DNA from: Octopus bimaculoides
Taxonomy: Eukaryota
Direction: 5' to 3'
DNA: 63,869 bases
Assembly: GCF_001194135.2 (NCBI RefSeq)
Contig: NC_068994.1
Location: forward strand, 8,198,311-8,262,179
This document shows positions 1 to 12,071 of the stretch, one piece after another. Numbering within the stretch: the stretch's first letter is position 1; each line of letters begins with the position of its first letter. The position numbers and the translations under genes were made by a program. The notes below the pieces were generated by a model, which was not told the DNA's origin, did no database searches, and was given only the letters and a program-made list of their open reading frames with translations.

Positions 1-32
<32 letters not shown>

Positions 33-1279
33 ATGAGTGTGGGTAAACATTAAATGCTATGCTACAAAAGTGTACAAAAGAAATAATAAACATGAGTGTG
101 TGAGTGAGTGAGTGAGTGAGTCAGAGAAAACGTGTTCTTATCAAGTGGGCTATACAAGTAGAAAGAAAGAAAGGAATTATTAGTAAGAATTGGGTGAAAA
201 TTAACGAATCAGATAAAGTGGAAGGGAGTGGGAGGGAGAGAGGTTGGAGTGAAGGGGGGAGAAGGGGGAATGGAAGAAGGAAGTTGTGGAGATAGAAGAG
301 GAAAATTAATGACAAAAGAGGGAAAACGCAAGAGAAAGAATGGAGTATTTAATGAAATGCTGATAAAGAACGATTAAAATAAAGGTTAATAAATTAGTTG
401 AATGAAAGAAGGATAACAACAGAAAGAGACAGAGAAATTCAGATCAAACAATAGGAGGAGAGAGAGAGAGAGAGAGAGATTAGCAAGGAAAATGGTCTAA
501 AAGCATAAATGTAAAAATGAATTTGATGGAAAACACCACGGGAGAGAGAAGTCAGGGAAATTGACAAGGAAGAGGAGAAGCAAAAATTAATAGGAAGACA
601 AAGAGAAGAGAGACGAGGAAGACAAAGAGAAGAAAGACAAAGAGAAGAAAGACAAGGAGAGAGAGAAAGAGAAAGAGAGATATCAGAAATGAAAGAATGA
701 AAGTAAAAAGAAAGCGAGAGAGAGAGAGAAGAGAATTTGGCAGGCATTAGTTTTGGCTATGAGTTGGAGACACACCCAGTTAAACAAACATTCCTACACC
801 GACGGAGTCTGACACTTTCTTTGCTAGCAGTGGTATATTAAGGCTGCAGTCACTCAGCAAGATGTGAGTGGTGTTTCGTCGGAAACTGTCCATTGGTTAC
901 CTTCGTAAATATGTCACTGGTACAAACAACGTCTTGGAACACAGGAGCAACTCCGGGTGTCTACTTCGACGTATCAAAACACATGCATACACCCTTACGC
1001 ACGCACAAACGTTTTCATGTATGTGTGTGCGTGTATGTGTGCATACAATGGAATCAAAATATACACATTTACTATTTATGTAAAGATAAATAAACTTGTA
1101 TACATATGATACGTATATTCATAAAAAAAGTCACAATATATTTATAAGCCTCTCTCTCATACATACGCATATAGATATACACATGTACATATATATATAC
1201 ATATATATATATACAGTTTACTATACACATACACACACACATACTTATATGCATACATGTGTATGTACATATCTGTATA

Positions 1280-1347
<68 letters not shown>

Positions 1348-1925
1348 NNNNNNNNNNNNNNNNNNNNNNNNNNNNNNNNNNNNNNNNNNNNNNNNNNNNN
1401 NNNNNNNNNNNNNNNNNNNNNNNNNNNNNNNNNNNNNNNNNNNNNNNNNNNNNNNNNNNNNNNNNNNNNNNNNNNNNNNNNNNNNNNNNNNNNNNNNNNN
1501 NNNNNNNNNNNNNNNNNNNNNNNNNNNNNNNNNNNNNNNNNNNNNNNNNNNNNNNNNNNNNNNNNNNNNNNNNNNNNNNNNNNNNNNNNNNNNNNNNNNN
1601 NNNNNNNNNNNNNNNNNNNNNNNNNNNNNNNNNNNNNNNNNNNNNNNNNNNNNNNNNNNNNNNNNNNNNNNNNNNNNNNNNNNNNNNNNNNNNNNNNNNN
1701 NNNNNNNNNNNNNNNNNNNNNNNNNNNNNNNNNNNNNNNNNNNNNNNNNNNNNNNNNNNNNNNNNNNNNNNNNNNNNNNNNNNNNNNNNNNNNNNNNNNN
1801 NNNNNNNNNNNNNNNNNNNNNNNNNNNNNNNNNNNNNNNNNNNNNNNNNNNNNNNNNNNNNNNNNNNNNNNNNNNNNNNNNNNNNNNNNNNNNNNNNNNN
1901 NNNNNNNNNNNNNNNNNNNNNNNNG

Positions 1926-2050
1926 AGTAAGTACCCGGCTTAAGAAAAAAAAAATCATAAGTACTGGGGGCGATTCGATAGCTTAAACATTCTTGAAGGC
2001 GATGCCCCAGCATGGCTGCACTTTAATGACTGCAACATGATATAAGAAAC
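1926..2050 (+). mobile_element. Degenerate SINE-B 3' end
   Basis: TAAGTACTGGGGGCGATTCG..GAAGGCGATGCCCCAGCATGGCTGCA..AATGACTGCAACA. Confidence 0.7.
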
Positions 2051-2120
2051 AAATATAAAATTACTCCTATGTTTGCGAAAGTACTTAAATTATTTTCTGC
2101 AGCGACGCTGCACTTTATAT

Positions 2121-2166
<46 letters not shown>

Positions 2167-2198
2167 GCACGCACATAATTAATAGATATATATAAAAC

Positions 2199-2505
2199 AA
2201 TTATATATAACAAGGGCGCTTTTTTAAAACACCAGCTTTGTCAAAGATAGGAGTCTAACACTCCGAAGCCACAAGACTTAACGCTATATTTTCCCAGGCA
2301 TAGATGGAAAAAAAAACTAGGTGAAATAAGTATTGCATCTTACCTCTGCTAAATTAAAAGAAGGAATGTCAATTAACTTCGAATTTAGCGCCAAAAAAAC
2401 ACGCTTGATTCTCTTCAGGGTTATTTTTTGTGACTTCAGAGTGTTTTGACTCCTATCTTTAGCAAAGCTGTTGTTTTTAAAAAAGCACCCTTGTTATATA
2501 TAATT
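2199..2505. mobile_element. Foldback MITE with ~75-bp imperfect terminal inverted repeats
   Basis: The left arm 2199-2274 (AATTATATATAACAAGGGCGCTTTTTTTAAAACACCAGCTTTGTCAAAGATAGGAGTC..) is the reverse complement of the right arm 2428-2505 (..GACTCCTATCTTTAGCAAAGCTGTTGTTTTTAAAAAAGCACCCTTGTTATATATAATT). Confidence 0.85.
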
Positions 2506-2566
2506 CTTTTATATATATCTATTAATTTTGCCTATACGGTTTTAGCTTGCGGTCACTAACATCAAT

Positions 2567-2567
2567 A

Positions 2568-2657
<90 letters not shown>
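2567..2657. repeat. (CA)n microsatellite (one of dozens in the window)
   Basis: Direct reading. Confidence 0.95.
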
Positions 2658-2659
<2 letters not shown>

Positions 2660-3620
2660 CTTTCAAACAATTTGTTTAAAACAAATTTTGGTAGATCTAC
2701 GCAAACACGCAAAAGCCACGTGTTTGCGAGGAAGAAGGCATTATGCTGATAACGAATACTGAGGCTGGAATGTGTACCGGAAACGGAAGTTAGATTCTCT
2801 TTATTTCTTCTAGTATGTCAAAACCTTCAGAACGGATTTGACTGCTTGAAAATATCACCTCTTATGATTCACTGCTGCTATCCAACACCGTTAAGCTTTT
2901 GTTTACCTCCTCACTTCGCGTAGTAAATTAAACAATTAAGAATTTATCGTGAACAACATTGAGTACTCCCACGTCGCCTTGGGTATCTATAAGTATCTGT
3001 GTGTGTGTGTGAGTGTGTTTGCGTGTATGTGGGGGTGTCTTTGGTGACAAAAGAAAGTTACAACAATAAAAAAAAAGTCCCACACCTTGCTTCAGAATGA
3101 ATGTGCCTGGGAAAAAGAAAAATTAAATTAACCGAAAAGAATAGAAAAGAGCAAAAATAATTTCTCCATAAAAGATAAAGATTGAGTAATAAATATACAA
3201 ATAATAAATCAAACAACGAGAACAAGTATAGAAATAATAAGCAACTACAAAAGATAGATATAGTTTAAATAATGACCCCGTTGTCGCCGCCTGCGTCACC
3301 AACGGGGTCACAGTTCTGTGTGCGTATTATCGCCATTTTTTTTCGTTTTAATGTTTGCTGCCCGATCACCCCATTATGATGCACGCTCACACAGGCGTGC
3401 GACATCAATTTTGTGCGCACAATTATGGTGAGTATACATACGGATGTTTAGATACGCGTGTATGTGCGTTTATATTTGTGCGTGTATATGAGTATATGTG
3501 TGTTTGTGGATGTAGTGAGGGGGATCCGTAGTCCCTATTTTGATTAAAGTTTTCTTCTCGATGTATTTCGGTGTCAGAAATTGATTATTTTCTGTTGCAA
3601 TGAACGATACTTTATCGTAT

Positions 3621-3687
<67 letters not shown>

Positions 3688-3696
3688 ACATATATA

Positions 3697-3745
<49 letters not shown>

Positions 3746-3760
3746 TATTATTATTATTAT

Positions 3761-3988
3761 TATTTCTTTATTGCCCACAAGGGGCTAAACATAGAGGGGA
3801 CGAACAAGGACAGAGAAAGGGATTAAGTCGATGACATCAACCCCACTGCGCAACTGGTACTTAATTTATCGACCCCGAAAGGATGAAAGGCAAAATCGAC
3901 CTCGGTGGAATTTGAACTCAGAACGTAAAGACAGACGAAATACTGCTAAGCATTTCGCTCGGTGTGCTAACGTTTCTGCCAGCTCGCC
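3761..3988 (-). mobile_element. SINE family A, full length, tail type 1
   Basis: tRNA-like head GGCGAGCTGGCAGAAACGTTAG (A box) and GAGTTCAAATT (B box), central CCTTTCATCCTTTCGGGGTCGATAAATTAAGTACCAG, tail ..CCCCTTGTGGGCAATAAAGAAATA. Confidence 0.9.
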
Positions 3989-3989
3989 T

Positions 3990-4167
3990 GATTCCGGGTT
4001 CACTTGGGGAACCTTGGGAAAATGTGTCATCTCATATAGCTTCGGGCTGACAAAAGCCTTGTGAGTGGAACTGGTAAACGGAAACTAAATGAAGCCCGTA
4101 GTATATATGTATGTATATATTCATGTGTGTTTGTGCGTGTTTCCTGCCATCGCTTGACAACCGATGC
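3990..4167 (+). mobile_element. SINE-B middle portion
   Basis: TTCCGGGTTCA..CCTTGGGAAAATGTGTC..AAAGCCTTGTGAGTGGA..CGGAAACT..GAAGCCCGT..CATCGCTTGACAACCGATGC. Confidence 0.8.
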
Positions 4168-4314
4168 NNNNNNNNNNNNNNNNNNNNNNNNNNNNNNNNN
4201 NNNNNNNNNNNNNNNNNNNNNNNNNNNNNNNNNNNNNNNNNNNNNNNNNNNNNNNNNNNNNNNNNNNNNNNNNNNNNNNNNNNNNNNNNNNNNNNNNNNN
4301 NNNNNNNNNNNNNN

Positions 4315-4364
<50 letters not shown>

Positions 4365-4639
4365 GCACACACACAAGCATTGTCGCACACACTCACTTAA
4401 ACGCATACACATACATGTGCGCATACACTAGTGTTTCGTTTTATACAAACAATCCTAATTATATTATTACTGTCAACAGACATAGATATCACCTATCGCA
4501 CCACGACAGACTGGCCATTGTACGGGCAAACACAGCCAATGGAAACGCTACAGCCACCACAACAACCACTGCCTCCGCCACACCGTCATTACAACAACAA
4601 TAGTCTATTTTCATGAGAGGTAGGGCAGCAACAAATATA

Positions 4640-4652
4640 CGTACATATACAT

Positions 4653-4694
<42 letters not shown>

Positions 4695-4742
4695 CCTACA
4701 TATATACATACATATACCTATAAATATACATACATACATATA

Positions 4743-4774
<32 letters not shown>

Positions 4775-5207
4775 GATATAAACAAAAAATATATAATAGT
4801 TGCATCTAAATTTTCAGTTACGCGCGCACGTCTGTTATTGTGTACATATGTATGTATGTATGTATGTATATAAACACATACGTACACAACAATAGACGTG
4901 CATATAAATATAACTATTTATGGATATATATATATATATATATACAAATATATATATATATATACACACACATATATATATACACATACATATATATATA
5001 TAATGCACACAAACATACAACCGCGTGCACGCGCACACACACATATATATACATACAGACACAGTAATACACATACACATATATATATACATACAGACAC
5101 AGTAATAGACACACACACACATATATACATATAAGCTGTTGATCACAAAATATGTATAGTTATATGTATGTATATAAGTGTGTGTGTATGCAAGCATATA
5201 TGCCTGA

Positions 5208-5255
<48 letters not shown>
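4640..5255. repeat. Compound (TA)/(CA)/(TG) microsatellite field
   Basis: Direct reading; ACAATAGACGTGC-like and CATACAGACACAGTAATA motifs are duplicated inside it. Confidence 0.9.
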
Positions 5256-5799
5256 GTATTCTGTGATAAACAACAGACTTACTATATAAACTTAAATTCT
5301 CAGACGTTATTATAAAAAGAAAAAATTCTCTTTTGAGATTAATACTAGCTGCGGCGCAGCGGGTTAAGTAACTGGAGCACATCATGCGTGCTTTGATATT
5401 TGTGTTTCCCGTTGAAATGATAGCCATACACAACAAACAACAGCATAACGGCTGTTTGGCTCATTACCTAAATATTATTATCTCCAAATCACTGTTACTA
5501 TTGCAACATATTCACTCATTCTCAATCAGTATAATGTTCGTTTTTATGTGTCAAAATTAGGTATACGATTGCTAGAGCAATTAATTCAACGTCTTATTGG
5601 ATTATCACGTTCGTTATCATTTCAAAAGCAGGTGAGCCTGCTTAGAATATTCTATTGCATTTAGTATTTGCTTGTTGCCCATGCACTTGCTCAAGATACA
5701 GCGTAATAACTCGCAGTGCCATAATAATATTAGGGACGAAACCTAATTTCATACGGTTTTCTAATAACTCTACTTTAATGATATCAATTCACTTCATGC

Positions 5800-5905
5800 G
5801 CAGTAGTGTGGTAAGAAGCTTGCTCCCCAAGCATATTATGCCGTGTTCAGCTCCAATGCGCGGCACCTCGGGCGATTGTCTTCCAATGTAGTCCTTAGTC
5901 GATTC
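5800..5905 (+). mobile_element. Degenerate SINE-B head
   Basis: GTGTGGTAAGAAGCTTGCTCCCCAA..GTGTTCAGCTCCAATGCGCGGCACCTCGGGCGATTGTCTTC. Confidence 0.7.
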
Positions 5906-5906
5906 T

Positions 5907-6093
5907 AAGAATTTAATAATAGTTATGTATGTGTTTTTTCGTGTTTTGTTCGAAAGGTAACCACTCCTGAAGAAGTGCCAAATGTCTAAATCCAATGGAC
6001 CAGTCACTGGATAAGTTTGGCATAGAAATGTTAACATAGAGTGGTGAATAAATCGATATATCGAATTTGAAGTCTCTGTCTCTTTTGAATATG
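5907..6093 (+). mobile_element. Probable PLE pseudo-LTR remnant running into an assembly gap
   Basis: Starts where a truncated SINE-B head stops, contains the hammerhead at 5960-6045 and ends at gap 6094-6850, whose far side is (TA)n. Confidence 0.5.
5960..6045 (+). ncRNA. Type I hammerhead ribozyme motif with extended stem II (AUA triplet)
   Basis: ACCACTC-CTGAAGA-A-GTGCCAAA-(33 nt)-TTTGGCAT-A-GAAA-TGTTAACA-T-A/GAGTGGT. Stem I is 7 bp, stem II is 8 bp (one G.U), and stem III is the perfect palindrome ATGTTAACAT. There is an A/A mismatch at the base of stem II. Confidence 0.8.
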
Positions 6094-6890
6094 NNNNNNN
6101 NNNNNNNNNNNNNNNNNNNNNNNNNNNNNNNNNNNNNNNNNNNNNNNNNNNNNNNNNNNNNNNNNNNNNNNNNNNNNNNNNNNNNNNNNNNNNNNNNNNN
6201 NNNNNNNNNNNNNNNNNNNNNNNNNNNNNNNNNNNNNNNNNNNNNNNNNNNNNNNNNNNNNNNNNNNNNNNNNNNNNNNNNNNNNNNNNNNNNNNNNNNN
6301 NNNNNNNNNNNNNNNNNNNNNNNNNNNNNNNNNNNNNNNNNNNNNNNNNNNNNNNNNNNNNNNNNNNNNNNNNNNNNNNNNNNNNNNNNNNNNNNNNNNN
6401 NNNNNNNNNNNNNNNNNNNNNNNNNNNNNNNNNNNNNNNNNNNNNNNNNNNNNNNNNNNNNNNNNNNNNNNNNNNNNNNNNNNNNNNNNNNNNNNNNNNN
6501 NNNNNNNNNNNNNNNNNNNNNNNNNNNNNNNNNNNNNNNNNNNNNNNNNNNNNNNNNNNNNNNNNNNNNNNNNNNNNNNNNNNNNNNNNNNNNNNNNNNN
6601 NNNNNNNNNNNNNNNNNNNNNNNNNNNNNNNNNNNNNNNNNNNNNNNNNNNNNNNNNNNNNNNNNNNNNNNNNNNNNNNNNNNNNNNNNNNNNNNNNNNN
6701 NNNNNNNNNNNNNNNNNNNNNNNNNNNNNNNNNNNNNNNNNNNNNNNNNNNNNNNNNNNNNNNNNNNNNNNNNNNNNNNNNNNNNNNNNNNNNNNNNNNN
6801 NNNNNNNNNNNNNNNNNNNNNNNNNNNNNNNNNNNNNNNNNNNNNNNNNNATTTATGATGATATATATATACATATATATACATATATAC

Positions 6891-6939
<49 letters not shown>

Positions 6940-6940
6940 A

Positions 6941-7130
6941 ATGATACAAAATGGGACAAGAACGCAAAACATCCAGACAGTTAGGTGATACAAGAAAGGG
7001 ACAACAAAACATCCAGATAGATGATACAAAGGAAACAACAAGGACAGGTCATTCGGAGTTAGCCGAAATTGCGAAGATAATCTGGATCTCGACTGAGGAA
7101 AGAAAACAGAAATTGTATAAAAGAACGCTG
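6941..7130. repeat. TA-flanked interspersed repeat fragment with three degenerate ~40-nt internal units (possibly PLE-derived)
   Basis: Units of GATACAA..GGGACAA..AAAACATCCAGA at 6941-6980 and 6981-7020, with a partial third unit at 7021-7050, immediately after (TA)n. Confidence 0.45.
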
Positions 7131-7282
7131 AATGTGCTATGTCGATAATCGAAAAGTTCAGCCCTGTCATAGCCATGTTAAAGTGATTATACTTGGGAAT
7201 TACATTAATGGTGTGGAATGTCTGTGGAATACTTGGCCACTTCAAACGTTAAATCACTGAAACAAGTAAATGATAAAAGATA

Positions 7283-7528
7283 TATGTGAACAGATGTGCG
7301 TTGCTTAGAGAGCCTGGAGACATCCTTTGCTGTTGTAACAGCCTTAATCTCGTCCTTTTTCTTCAGGATGGTGTAGATCATCGACCTGCTTCGGTCGTAT
7401 TGACATGCTATGTCCACCACACGCACTCCTCTCTCATGTTTACCAAGGATTTCCTTCTTCAATTCTATCGTAATCAGCTTTTCCTTCTCTTCAAAACTGT
7501 CCCTTGCTCTAAGCTTCTTAGGACCCAT
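7283..7528 (-). pseudogene. Truncated Tigger/pogo transposase N-terminus (CENP-B-like HTH domain)
   Basis: MGPKKLRARDSFEEKEKLITIELKKEILGKHERGVRVVDIACQYDRSRSMIYTILKKKDEIKAVTTAKDVSRLSKQRTSVH matches the pattern of TIGD/Tigger N-termini. There is no DDE domain. Confidence 0.8.
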
Positions 7529-7828
7529 GGCTAACACAACTAATTATTATAAAATAACAGCAAAAAAATGCACAAAATTAAACAATATCATTGAGAAAAA
7601 ACACAATAGGGATGCTGTGACAGCGAGATAAATATGTGAACTGAGCGAGCGGAGACTTCGCTTGTCGGGAGAGCGTGTGCGAACTCAGCGCCGACTAGCG
7701 GTCGTTTGTATGAAACTCGCTCGTACTGCGAATTTCCGCTCGTATTTAAAGACAAAAATTCGCACGAGCCTCGGTTCGTACAGCAAATTACTCCTACAAT
7801 AGTGCACTCGTACTGTAAGGTTCTACTG
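7283..7828 (-). mobile_element. 5' fragment of a Tigger/pogo-family (Tc1/mariner superfamily) DNA transposon
   Basis: Minus-strand terminus CAGTAGAACCTTACAGTACGAGT (7828 leftwards) resembles Tigger TIRs. It is followed by a leader and an ORF encoding a CENP-B/psq-type HTH, truncated near 7283. Confidence 0.8.
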
Positions 7829-8413
7829 TGTGTGTGTTTATGTATGTATGTATATATATATATATATTTGTGTGTGTGTGTGTGTGTGGACATATGTATG
7901 TGTCTGTATATATCTATATATGTATGTGTGGATGTGTGAGTCAGTGTGTGTTTGTGTGAACGAGTAGTGTATTTGTAAGAGTTTGAAATCTAATTTAATA
8001 TTCTTTCATCTAATGCGGTATGCAAATCAAGTTTATTGTTCTTTTCTCTTCATTGTAAGGCCGTTATTGCATTAGGACAAATTTGGAATTAATTCAGACA
8101 AACTTATTGCTACGCCGTTTAAATCCGTAGCTCTTTTCTCTCTTTCACATTCATACAATCACATTCATAATTTCTTCCTCACTGTTTCATAAAAGCAGAA
8201 AAGAAGCAATCTATAGTATAGCAATCTCCCAGTTCATTTAACTCAATGGAATGCTAATTAATGTCATGTGGGCCATTTTAAACTAAAACAATTAACCGTG
8301 TTGAGAATCGACAATGATCATATAATCACGAGGACAGGTAATATTCAGCAATTCATTCGCACGTCATCAAATAACGTTACTCTATTTACACTCATCGCGT
8401 GTGTATGAGTATA

Positions 8414-8458
<45 letters not shown>

Positions 8459-10743
8459 AGATAAGATCGCTCACACACACACACAAAGACATAGTATAAA
8501 CATATACATATTGTGCATGTGTATAAATGCGTCTGATTGATTCGTACGAAAGTGTAAATATACGTAAGGAAGTATATGTGCATTTGTTTGTAGGGGTAGC
8601 AAGACAGGCCTTACAATACAGTTCTACTTACCACACAGACACTCCTACGCCTATATACGTCTCAACCTTATATTTTAAAGATTATACTACTGAGTAAGCA
8701 AATTTCGTCAAGTAAAATAATTATGTAATGTTTCTGTTGATACTAAGACCTTTAGGGAACATTTCCTTAATAAATAGGTAAATAGGGATATTTTATTGTT
8801 TTAAAAAATAACAGTTATAATAAATTTGTCGGAGGTACAAACATTGACAATGCTTCTAAGTTTCATTTTAAAGTGAAATTATTGCATTATTATTTCCTTG
8901 TATAATTTCTTATAGAAGACTGAGCCATGCCACATCGCAGAATATTCAAATGCATGCTGCAAGTAATTCAAATCTTCTACTTCGAGCAGGAAGCCTCAGA
9001 TATACTGAGAATTCGAAGCGATATGTTAAATGTTTGCATTATTGTAATAAGCGCGAATGACGTAATTTCCAGCGCGTACAGAAACCGGGAATAAAACATT
9101 TACGCGAGAGCGAGAGCAAGGACAAGTGAAATGATAAGTACACTAATGTATTTTGAAAGCCAGGACGTATGAAGCATAGAATTAGATTATGATAAGGTAA
9201 CATACATTAATCATCACTTATGTTATAAGTGTTTATATAAACCTATAACACTGACTCACAAGAAAAGCTAAGAGAAACTTCTACGTAGTCGTGCGATTTA
9301 TTAAGAGTAACAACAGCCATGTCTTTTTTCAGCTAAGTCCTTGAACTTCTTCAACTTTATAGAAAAAAAAAATTGGTATTCTTGCAGAACAATTAGCAAA
9401 ATCAGTTGTGCATTATGTGGTCCCAAATCTTTTCTGACAATGTGTTATATACCGTACATACATACATACATACCCTTACACATAATATAAATATATATAT
9501 ATATATACATACGTACATACATACATACATATACATTCACACATCTATGTTGTGAAATTCAATTATTTTATTCCGACATACACACACAAAAAACCCCACC
9601 TCCTCGACTACTAACACTAATATTTATTTCTGGAGAAAATGATATTTTAAAAGCCACCAACAGTCGTCCATGAATGACACAGAATGTCATGTAATGGTGC
9701 CTTATCTAGAAACGCAATATGGTTTATACTAGGCTATCATTAAATAATTTCTGAGAGGAGATCAAACATTTTTCGTGTCAGAAAAAAGTTTAAATTTCAT
9801 TTCCCCCGAAAATTTCACCGAATAAGACTTTCAAAATCAATTTTAGTTGAAATTCCTGATTCTGATTCTATTCAAGAATATTCGTAGATATTTCGCAGTT
9901 GTTTTAGTGTACGTAATGAATGATCTAAAAAGCAGAGAGAGGGGGGGGGGGNNNNNNNNNNAACAAAAAAACTGAAATGTGTTGGAAACTACGATAACGC
10001 AGAAAAGTCTTTTTCTTTTTTTCTTTTTTTTTTTGTCTTTCTATTCTTATCAGACTGAAAAGAGAGAACAAATATTTTGAGTCTGCAATGCTTAATGTGA
10101 AAGAGAGGAAGGTTAGGTTTAGTTTTGAATGTCTAATTTTCGCCCTGAATGTATGTAAATGTGTTAGAAATAAAGGACATTACTCACTGAATTATATTCA
10201 AAATGGAGTCTTTTCGGAATAAAAAGAGCTGATGTAATGGAGAGGTGTAGAGAGTAATTGTAGAAAACATTTAGACAGAATAATTGTGAAGTATTATCAA
10301 TAGGAAATGGTTGTTGATGAATCGTTATGTTTTCGGGGGTAGCTAAGTACAGATTTTAACACAAAGACTGTTATTCAAAATCTTGGGAACCGACATATAG
10401 TTCAAGACAGTAGCCTGATACTTACACTCATGTGAATAAAATAAAATAAAAATTTCCCCTTATTATTCAATGTAGTCAGGAAAGAAATACCTAAACCATT
10501 GTCCAGTATTTTTCAAAAACAATCTAATGGTAAACATTTTACAACTTCACTATAAATTTTGCTCCACTACTTCGTCGGCAAATAAAGCGAAAGTGTAGAA
10601 TATGGAATAATTTGGAGAAATTAATGACAATGACATTTGGGATTAAATTATCGTTTCCCAGATAATGTAAGGACAGTATTTAGAATTTTCAAGCAAAATT
10701 CACGGTGTAACCAAATTTTGTAAAAGGAAATGGCGCTACCTAC

Positions 10744-10777
<34 letters not shown>

Positions 10778-10803
10778 CACTGTGTGTGTGTGTGTATAAA
10801 TAT

Positions 10804-11015
10804 AAAGGCGGTGAGCTGGCAGAATCGTTAGCACGCTGGGCGGAATACTTACCGGTATTTCGCCCGTTGCTATGTTTTGAGTTCTAATTCCACCGAGGTC
10901 AACTTTGCCCTTCATCATTTCGGGGTCGATAAATTAAGTACCAGTTGAGTACTGGCATCGATGTGATCGACTGCCCCCTCCCCACAAAATCCAGGCTATG
11001 TGTCTACAGTAGAAC
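10804..11015 (+). mobile_element. SINE family A, tail type 2
   Basis: Same head and core, then CCCCCTCCCACAAAATCCAGGCTATGTGTCTACAGTAGAA. Confidence 0.9.
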
Positions 11016-11814
11016 GCTGCAATAGTAAAACATGCCTGAAAAATTTGAAAAATTGAAAATTTACTTATTTTCTATACAGTATTGAATTGTGTGTGTTTGT
11101 GTGTATGTATGTAGGTATGTATATATGTCATTTCATGATTTCTTGCCCATAGGGAAATAGTCGGTTTCTAACCTAGATCCAAGGCTCCTTCATTGGAATT
11201 TCGACATCAGCAACAGGGTATTTTTGTATGTATGTATGTACGTATGTGTTCTCACGCATATAGTCGCATATCTAGACATGCTAATATATATTCAAATGAT
11301 AAACATCTGGAAAGTTTTACACATTTTTACAGTTCCAGTGATGGCTATGTATATCGGTACTTAAGCAATGTGGCCCCACAATTAGATAATATCAGAGGGA
11401 AACTGTCATATCTTAAGCAAAAGATTATATTGAGAAAAATTAACCTCCTAGGCGAAGCTGAGAAAACTTTATATTTCAAAGCTTATAATTAATATATTTC
11501 AAAAGATATGGTTGACTGGATAATTAGACAACTGTAATTAAGATAACATCATATAGTTTTTCCCTTCCTAAATTAAGTCCGGATTCGTCCGGAGTCAACG
11601 TCACTGCTTATCTGCCCAGGGATGGTAATGAATCACTAGAATAAAGTATTACATTCTTTTTCTCAATAAAACATCCCAAAGAAACTGGTCAAAATAAATA
11701 TCAGTGATATTCTGAGGATCGCTGTAATCAGGTTTATCCCAACGTCGAGGAGTAGATTCAACAACCAGTGGAAATAATCTTTATCAAAAAGTCAGTCAGA
11801 ATCCCCTTTGATAT

Positions 11815-11976
11815 TACTCTTACTCTTTTACTTGTTTCAGTCATTTGACTGTGGCCATGCTGGAGCACCGCCTTTAGTCGAGCAAATCGACCCCAGGACT
11901 TATTCTTTGTAAACACACCAGCATCGGTTGTCAAGCGATGTTGGGGAGGGGGACAAACACAGACATGCAAACATAT

Positions 11977-12017
<41 letters not shown>

Positions 12018-12071
12018 CACATACATACATATATACGACGGGCTTCTTTTCAGTTTCCGTCTACCAAATCC
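11815..12071 (-). mobile_element. SINE-B, 5'-truncated, with a ~57-bp internal deletion
   Basis: Matches 24005-24255 except that TTCTTTGTAA is joined directly to ACACACCAGC. Confidence 0.9.

Noticed and set aside
4480-4619. Apparent exon (..GTCAACAG acceptor, GAG|GTAGGG donor) with a Thr/Gln/Pro-rich reading
   Set aside because: All three frames contain a stop before the donor, and the sequence is low-complexity (CAA/CCA).
5345-5367. CTAGCTGCGGCGCAGCGGGTTAA near-palindrome (Helitron-like CTAG or piggyBac-like GGG|TTAA end)
   Set aside because: The motif is too short, no partner end was found, and the two interpretations conflict.
11578-11593. TCCGGA-TTCG-TCCGGA tetraloop hairpin
   Set aside because: An isolated 6-bp stem is expected by chance in 64 kb.
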